DNA of 33,063 nt from an uncultured Clostridium sp. (GTDB lineage: Bacteria; Bacillota; Clostridia; TANB77; CAG-508). The notes below the pieces were generated by a model. The model saw nothing but the letters and a program-made list of their open reading frames with translations. It did not search any database and was not told where the DNA came from. The position numbers and the translations under genes were made by a program. The first letter of the stretch is position 1, and every line of letters begins with the position of its first letter. The stretch is taken from assembly GCA_947057875.1 (NCBI GenBank), contig CAMSEX010000001.1:1-33063 (forward strand), written 5' to 3'. Positions 16,360 through 23,500 of the stretch are shown here, piece after piece.

Positions 16360-18504
16360 GTGAGAAAAACGAAATTCAAAAAAGAGAAAACGGAATTAGA
16401 TAAATTGAATTTTAGGTTTAATGTTATATCAGTTGTTATATATCTTGTTGCATTAGTTATTTTGGTCAGATTGTTTGATATGCAGATTGTCAATGGGCAG
16501 GAATATAGAGAAAATTCAAATACAAGATTATCAAGAGAATCTACTATTGAATCAGCAAGAGGAAGTATTGTAGATCGTTCAGGGAATGCGTTAGTTAGTA
16601 CAGACATGAGTTTTTCTCTAGAAATGTATAAAACGAAAGTTGAAGATGAACAATTAAATCATTCCATTTTGTTAATGGTTGAAATTTTAGAAAAAAATGG
16701 AGATAGTTATTTTGATACATTTCCGATTAGTATCGAACCATTTGAATTTCATTTTTCTTCTGAGGAGGAGTTAGCTAAATGGAAGGAAAAATACAAAATT
16801 CCAGAAACTGCATCAGCAGAAGAAGCTTTTTATTTAATGAGAGATAAATATAATATCAAAACAGATGATATTCAAAGCATCCGAAAAATTTTGGCAATTC
16901 GCTATGGAATTACAACAAAAGGTTATTCCACAACAAAGTCAATTAGTATTTCAGAAGCTATTTCCAGAGAAAGCGCAGTGGAGTTACAAGTCAGAAGTAA
17001 TGAGCTAACTGGTGTTAATATTGTAACAGAACCAATTAGAAAATATCATGTGGGAAATATGGCATCTCATATTTTGGGGTATATGGGAAGAATTTCAGAT
17101 AAAGATGAAGAGGCTTTGAAAGCAAGTGGGGATGATTATGAATATGAGCCAACAGACAAAATTGGAAAAACGGGAATTGAAAAAGTATTTGAAGAATATT
17201 TAAGAGGTAAAGATGGTAAAAAGCAAATAGACATGTCAGTCGATGGAACGATAACAGGAGAATATACGAGCCAAGAAGCAATTGGTGGAGCAGATGTAGT
17301 GCTTACCATTGATTCCAATCTGCAAAAAATAACAGAAAATGCTTTGGCTACTAATATTGAGAAAATTAGAGCAGGTGGCTTTTCAGAGACACATAATGCC
17401 AAAGGTGGAGCAGTTGTTGTCACGAATGTAAATACTGGTGAAATTTTAGCGATGGCAAGTTATCCAGATTATGAGCCAGGATTGTTTTATAATGGAATTA
17501 GCAATGAGAAATATTCTGAATATAATACTAATCCATTAAATCCATTGCATAATCGAACGATCCAAAGTCCATATGCGCCAGGTTCTACATTTAAAATGAT
17601 TACTGCAATTGCAGCATTGGAAACAGGGGTTACCAACACAGTAGAAAAAATCAATGATAATGGACCATATATCTTATCTCCAAATTCAAAATATAAACCA
17701 TCTTGTTGGTATTATAAGGATTATGGAAGAGGTCATGGACCTTTGAACGTATCAGGAGCAATTGAAAAGTCATGTAACTATTTCTTTTATGAAGTAAGTA
17801 ATCGAATGGGGATTGATAATTTGGAAAAATATGCACGTTATTTTGGATTAGGACAAAAAACAGGCATTGAGTTATATAACGAAAAATCAGGAACATTGGC
17901 AGGTAAAAGTGCAGCAGAAAAAAGAGGAGACACTTGGGGACCAGGCGATACTTTAAGTGCATCAATTGGTCAGAGTTATAATGATTTTACACCAGTGCAA
18001 ATGGCAAAATACATTTCCATGATAGCCAATGGTGGGCATTCGATTGATTTGAGTATTGTAAAAAGTGTAGTAAACTCAGATGGCACACAAGTTCCAGATT
18101 CAGAAATTAGACAATTTACTAATCAAAAATTGGGCATTGAACCAAATCAAGTAGAAAATTTGCAGATTAAAGAAGAAACGATGCAAGCTGTTTTGGAAGG
18201 AATGCGAGCAGTTACAGAAGGAGAAAGTGGAACAGCGCGTTCAATCTTTTCTGATTTCAATATTTCAGTTGGAGGAAAAACGGGTTCTGCTGAAACAACA
18301 AGTGGAGATGTAAATGCATTGTTTGTTGGTTTTGCTCCATTTGAAAAACCAGAAATAGCAGTAGTAGTTGTTGTTGAAAATGGTGGACATGGTAATTATA
18401 CAGCAGAAGTAGTGCGTGAGGTTATAGCAGAGTATTTTGGAATGAATATGCAATATGTAAATGAGGTTATGTCAGCAGAACACGAAATAGAACAATTTAA
18501 TTAA
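16360..18504 (+). CDS. mrdA: Penicillin-binding protein 2 (class B transpeptidase, elongation-type)
   Basis: N-terminal TM helix, dimerisation domain and transpeptidase motifs STFK (GSTFKMITA), SCN (EKSCNYF) and KTGS (GGKTGSAE). The start is uncertain because GTG 16360 overlaps the SD AGGAGG (16355-16360). Confidence 0.9.
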   Translation: MRKTKFKKEKTELDKLNFRFNVISVVIYLVALVILVRLFDMQIVNGQEYRENSNTRLSRESTIESARGSIVDRSGNALVSTDMSFSLEMYKTKVEDEQLNHSILLMVEILEKNGDSYFDTFPISIEPFEFHFSSEEELAKWKEKYKIPETASAEEAFYLMRDKYNIKTDDIQSIRKILAIRYGITTKGYSTTKSISISEAISRESAVELQVRSNELTGVNIVTEPIRKYHVGNMASHILGYMGRISDKDEEALKASGDDYEYEPTDKIGKTGIEKVFEEYLRGKDGKKQIDMSVDGTITGEYTSQEAIGGADVVLTIDSNLQKITENALATNIEKIRAGGFSETHNAKGGAVVVTNVNTGEILAMASYPDYEPGLFYNGISNEKYSEYNTNPLNPLHNRTIQSPYAPGSTFKMITAIAALETGVTNTVEKINDNGPYILSPNSKYKPSCWYYKDYGRGHGPLNVSGAIEKSCNYFFYEVSNRMGIDNLEKYARYFGLGQKTGIELYNEKSGTLAGKSAAEKRGDTWGPGDTLSASIGQSYNDFTPVQMAKYISMIANGGHSIDLSIVKSVVNSDGTQVPDSEIRQFTNQKLGIEPNQVENLQIKEETMQAVLEGMRAVTEGESGTARSIFSDFNISVGGKTGSAETTSGDVNALFVGFAPFEKPEIAVVVVVENGGHGNYTAEVVREVIAEYFGMNMQYVNEVMSAEHEIEQFN

Positions 18505-18521
18505 TAAGGAAGGAAACAGGA

Positions 18522-19127
18522 ATGTTAAACAATATTAGAATTAAACAAACAACAGATGAGATTGTACTAAACATTAATGTGCAAGCAGATAATACAGTTA
18601 TCATACAGGAATTGGAAGAAAAATTGCCGAAATTAAAGGATTTTTACAAAAATTCAAATGTGCCAATTAGGGTAACTGGAAAGTTGTTTTCTGAAACAGA
18701 AAGAGTGATTATTGAGAAAATTATCAAAGAAGAAATCAGTGTTGATGTTAAATTTGACGATGCTTCCGATTTGTTAGGATTGCATGCTATCAAAAAAACA
18801 TTTGAATTGGAAACAGAAATTTCAGAAACACGATATGTATACAATTCTGTTCGCTCTGGAAGCAAGGAGGAATATGTTGGAAGTATTGTAGTTTGTGGCG
18901 ATGTAAATTCTGGTGCGGAAATTGTGGCTGGTGGAAATATTATTGTGTTGGGAACGCTAAGGGGAGTTGCACATAGTGGGGCAAATGGAAATACAAAAGC
19001 GATTATTGCTGCTCATAATATGGAAGCAACACAAATTAGGATTTCTAATTTAGTAAAAGAAATCACAGAAAAAGAAGAAAGATGTCCGATTTTTTGCATC
19101 AAAGATGGAGAAATTAAGGCGCTCTAA
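18522..19127 (+). CDS. minC: Septum site-determining protein MinC
   Basis: C-terminal beta-helix repeat GDVNSGAEIVAGGNIIVLGTLRGVAHSGANGN..AIIAA. 201 aa. RBS AAGGAAGG is upstream. Confidence 0.85.
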   Translation: MLNNIRIKQTTDEIVLNINVQADNTVIIQELEEKLPKLKDFYKNSNVPIRVTGKLFSETERVIIEKIIKEEISVDVKFDDASDLLGLHAIKKTFELETEISETRYVYNSVRSGSKEEYVGSIVVCGDVNSGAEIVAGGNIIVLGTLRGVAHSGANGNTKAIIAAHNMEATQIRISNLVKEITEKEERCPIFCIKDGEIKAL

Positions 19128-19525
19128 ATGATTAATAAAAATAGGATAATCATTAAAGTGAAATCATAGTCACTATTGGATAAAAACTTAAAACTGTTTT
19201 TGTCATCAAAAGAATCTAGAACACTCAAAAGATTAGCAATCTTTATGTATTGTTCTAGTTTTTCTTTTTTGGTGTCCTCCAAATATGGTTTCAAAGAATG
19301 CAATAATTGGTTTCTAGGGTTATTTTTATTGCTATTCATTTGGCTCATGATGTCTTTGATTTTTAAAATCATGTTAATATCGAAACCATCATCAGAGGCA
19401 CGATTTTCCGTGCCATCTATGTCGTCATTATGATGATTATTTCCTAATATGTTATTTAAGTCGATATCTTTTTCTTTTAAAATTTCTGAAAAATTACTTA
19501 AAATATCATTAAAATTATCGTTCAT
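19124..19525 (-). CDS. Hypothetical protein, 133 aa (acidic/Asn-rich N-terminus, conserved-looking LLHSLKPYLEDTKKEKLEQYIKIANLL block)
   Basis: RBS CCAGGAG is directly upstream. Its stop codon overlaps the minC stop region by 4 nt (convergent genes). Confidence 0.6.
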   Translation of the reverse strand: MNDNFNDILSNFSEILKEKDIDLNNILGNNHHNDDIDGTENRASDDGFDINMILKIKDIMSQMNSNKNNPRNQLLHSLKPYLEDTKKEKLEQYIKIANLLSVLDSFDDKNSFKFLSNSDYDFTLMIILFLLII

Positions 19526-19527
19526 AC

Positions 19528-19665
19528 TTACTCCTGGTTATCAAGATTTTTTTTAATATCAGAATTGTTTAAGATTTGTTGTGCACGATAGATGTTTTTT
19601 TCTAATTCTGCTTTATCCATTTTTGAAATGGCAGAAAGCAATTTATTAATATCCATATTATCCAT
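19528..19665 (-). CDS. Small ORF, 45 aa (MDNMDINKLLSAISKMDKAELEKNIYRAQQILNNSDIKKNLDNQE), below the track's size cut-off
   Basis: I translated it by hand. GGAGG (complement of 19675-19679) lies 9 nt before the ATG (complement of 19663-19665). Its TAA lies 2 nt before the ATG of the next gene, and its 3' end contains that gene's RBS. Confidence 0.4.
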   Translation of the reverse strand: MDNMDINKLLSAISKMDKAELEKNIYRAQQILNNSDIKKNLDNQE

Positions 19666-19757
19666 ATTTTTAAACCTCCGTAAGCTTAAGTGGTATGCTT
19701 TGATAACATACTCTTACAGATAATATATGCAGCAAACCAGAAAAAAAACACAAAAAT

Positions 19758-19786
19758 TTTACATTTTATGTAAAATATGTTATAAT
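19758..19786 (+). promoter_or_regulatory. Extended -10 promoter for ORF 19858, with a dyad over the -35
   Basis: TTTACA (19758-19763), 17 bp, TGtTATAAT with the -10 at 19781-19786. The inverted repeat TTTTACAT-TTT-ATGTAAAA (19757-19775) covers the -35 and spacer. Confidence 0.5.
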
Positions 19787-19857
19787 ATAATTAGAAATAA
19801 AGCAATAAATGTCTTGATAACAAATAATTTTTTACAAGAAAAAAGGAGGAATGTAAC

Positions 19858-20178
19858 ATGAGGAGAGAAACGCGGGACAAAATAAAAGGCGCTATAATTG
19901 GTACTGTAATAGGGTTGACTATTGTTATTGGAGCTTTTTATCGGATTATTAAGTGGGATGACAGTAGAACAGCTAAGGAGCAACTTGTTAGAGATGTTTC
20001 TGAAAAAGGAACTGATGCAGAGTGGCTGTACAGACTGGAAGAAATCTCAGATGAAGAGTGGGAAGAGCTGAAGGATTATTCTGCTCAGAAACCAACTTTG
20101 CAGGAGCTGGATGATTATTTAGATACTCTTCTGGGAAACAGAAAAAACGAGTACTTTATTAAACGCGTCATGCAGTAA
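19858..20178 (+). CDS. Hypothetical single-pass membrane protein with an acidic C-terminal domain, 106 aa; compositionally atypical
   Basis: RBS AAAGGAGGA lies upstream. There is a TM helix (AIIGTVIGLTIVIGAFY). By my hand count the ORF is about 40% G+C. It has five CTG Leu codons and two in-frame CGG codons (19873, 19942), unlike all neighbouring genes. Confidence 0.55.
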   Translation: MRRETRDKIKGAIIGTVIGLTIVIGAFYRIIKWDDSRTAKEQLVRDVSEKGTDAEWLYRLEEISDEEWEELKDYSAQKPTLQELDDYLDTLLGNRKNEYFIKRVMQ

Positions 20179-20538
20179 AATTGAAAAAATTGCGGGGGAT
20201 TCCAAATGTGAAAGCTCTCGTGATTTTTTATTACTTAAAACTATATATGTAAATACAAATAGCAAAACCTTATTTCCTTAAAGGTTAAGCTGTTTTTTTG
20301 TTCCAATTTTGCCTAAAAATTGGGGCTGTTGACAAAATGTGGATAACTTGTGTTACAAAAATGTAATGAAAATTTAATATAAATTTAACATTGATTCTAG
20401 ATGCTTAGTTTCCGTAAAATATTTTTCTCGCGAAGAAGCTAGAAATACTGAAAAATGGCATATTTTACTATTTACAAAAGAACTTTTTTGAACTAATATA
20501 TAAAAGAAATAGTAAAAATGGAAAGTGAGGTATGCGAG

Positions 20539-23500
20539 ATGTTTTGTAAGTCGAAAAAAATGATTAGCATGTTAATTGTATTTGTTATCATGTTTACTTA
20601 TTCAGCGCAAACATTGCAAGCAATTGCCACAACAGATGGAATAACCACTATTACAGATGGATTTTTTGGCAGTTCAGACATGGTATTGAAAGCTTATTTT
20701 GAAGAGGAAGAAAATCAAAATAATGAAAAAATATTGAATGTGAATGAAAAAGGAAATCTAATATTAGAAGTTTCGCCAAAAGAAGTTGGAAGTGGCTTTA
20801 TTCGAGAAGGAATGATAAAAGCAAATGCGATGGATGAAAATAATCTTCATTTTAAATTTTCAAAAATTGTAAGTATTGAAGTTGAGGATGGAAAAGAAAA
20901 GCCAGAAGAAAATGAAGAAGAAGCAGAAGACAATTCATTTGTTAGTTTAAATATGGGGGATACTTCTGAGGAAAATGTAGAACCAATCATAGAAGATAAA
21001 GAAGACGAATTAGTGGATGAAGAAAAAGTGATTGAAGACAAAATGAACGAAGAAGAAAACGAAGACGACTTAAATCCATATCAAGTGGAACTTGTTTCAG
21101 ATTATGAAATACAAGTGAGAAACATCATTCATCCAACTAAAATAGAAGTGGAAATTGAATATTTACCAAAAGAAGAAATTACTTTATCTGATTTATATCA
21201 AGAAGTAGAATTCGTTTTGTCTGGTAAATACATAGATGTTGATTTGAATGAAAAAGAAGAAAGTATTAGTAGCAATGTTGCCATTGGTTGGAGTTATCAC
21301 AATGAAATTGAAATGACAAGTGAATATACAAAATTTTCGCCATACCATGTAGGGGAAAGACAAGGTAGTTTATTAGAAAACAAAATTACCATAAAAAGAG
21401 AAAACCAAAATGAAGAAGAAAATTATTTGCCATTAAAAAATACAAATTTAGAAATTTCGGTACCTACATTAAATGGACAAAGACCAGCAAATGTAAATGT
21501 CGTTGCCAATAAATTGATGGCAAGCAAAGGACAAGATACAGGAAATGTACAGTTTACAGAAGAAAATTGGGAATATCAGGAACAAGAAGGAAAAATTTAT
21601 ATTCATGTTTCAAATGATAAGGAAGGAAAAGTAGTCAATAGTCTTGGAACAGATGAGTATATCATTATTTACAAGTATGCAAATTTTGTAGATGAAGGAA
21701 ATTACACATTTGAAAATAATGTAATCGTAAATGCAGAAGAAGTTGGTGCTAACGAGAATAATAATTTGACTACTAGCATTTCAGAAACACAAGAAATTAC
21801 AGCTGTGATAGGCGATATGATTAGTTACCATGTTAGCACAAATGAAGAGGTAATTAATAAAGGAAAAATCAATGCCAATTATAATCATGAAGAAGCATTG
21901 TATGAGGCAGAATTTACAACAGCCGTTAATTTGAATATTTTAACAAGTGACGCATTTGAAGAATTAACAATTGATACTTCAAAAGAGAATTATTTAGATG
22001 CGAAACAAACAGCTTTTGAAACAAATGATGTTTACTATAAAAAAGTGAAATTTTCTTATAGCGAAATTGAAAATATATTAACGAATGGTGGAGTGATTGA
22101 GATTTATAATAATGCAGGAGAGTTATTAAATAGTTTGAATGCAGACAATGTTCACTCACAAGAAGAATGTGAAATCAATTTAGAAAACAAGCCAAATGGT
22201 ATTCAAGTTGTTTTGAAAAGTGTGAGTGTCAATCAAAACTTAAATATTGAATACATAAAAGCAATTGGAAAATCAAGTTATGATAAAGCAGAATATAATA
22301 TGTTTCGTGAAATTGAAAGCAAAGTTACAGCTTCTGTAAAATATGAAGATGACGAAAACCGTTATCAGTTATCTGAAATGACTGTAAAAAAAGCGATGAA
22401 AAGTAGTTTTACAAATGCAGATATTGTACTTAGCAATAATAACTTTAGTACAATTAGCGAGAACGAAAATGTTGAAATGCGAATTGAATTAAATAATGAT
22501 ACAGTTGATAGCGATTTGTATACAAATCCAAGTTTTGAAATAGTATTTCCAAGCTATGTGAAAAGTGTCACACCACAGAGTATCAATTTAACTTATGCAG
22601 AAGGTTTGAGTGTAGCAGATGCGACAGTACATAACGAAAATGGAATTGTAAAAATGAAAATCAATTTAGCAGGTACACAAAATGCGTTTAGTGAAAGTAC
22701 ACTGACTCATGGAACTAATATTTTAGTTCAATTTAATGTTACATTAGACGAATACACACCAAGCAAAAAAGATCAAATTAAAATGTATTATTGCAATGAA
22801 GCAGTAACAAATTATCAGTCACAAACCAAATGGACACTTGACAGAGAAATTCCACAAGGAATTGTAAGAGAGACAAATGGTTTTGAAGTAGAGGTAATCA
22901 ATTATCAAGCACCAAGTGGACTAACAACAGCAAATGCAATCATCAATTATGATGGAGAACAATCTGTTGTAAAATCAGTAAAGCAAGGACAAAAAAATGT
23001 TAATATTGCAAGAGGAAGTAGCCCAAGAATAGCAACTATGGAATTATATGCAGCCAATAATACGGAAAATGAATGCAAAGATGTTGTATTGCTTGGAAGA
23101 ACTCCATTTGCAAATAACACAGATGGCATAACAGGGGAAGACTTAGGAACTAATGTCAATAGCAATATGTTCTCAAAAATTGTGGCAAATGAGCAAAATA
23201 AAAATACAGCAAAGATTTACTATTCGGAGCTAGAAAAAGCAACAGTAGATTTAGAAGATGCCAATAATGGTTGGACAGAAGAACCAGATACTTTGTTAGA
23301 AGTAAAATCATACATGATTGTGTTGGATGATGTTTTAGCAGCAGGGGAAGTTTTGAAATATAGCTACGATTTTGAAATTCCAGCAAATTTGGATTATGGG
23401 GCAGCGATTTATGGAAGTTTTGGTGGATATTATAGTAACTTAAGTTCAAATGAAACAACGATTGCTGATAAAGTGGGGCTTTTGACAGAAGAAATGCCAG

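Noticed and set aside
432-18453. Antisense or out-of-frame short ORFs inside recognised genes (for example 432..623, 703..885, 1734..2216, 14310..14666, 16353..16607, 17036..17423, 17651..17965, 18265..18453, 19176..19433)
   Set aside because: They are fully embedded in genes with strong homology-type evidence. They have hydrophobic low-complexity translations and no independent start signals.
19124-19127. The 4-nt convergent overlap of minC and ORF 19124..19525 as a special regulatory device
   Set aside because: Short 3' overlaps of convergent genes are common in compact genomes. I mention it only as context in the small-operon finding.
20179-20538. A c-di-GMP or other known riboswitch upstream of the adhesin operon
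   Set aside because: I could not find the conserved GC-rich cores of GEMM-I/II or other riboswitch classes I know. The leader is AT-rich with only weak hairpins. A covariance-model scan is needed before making any claim.
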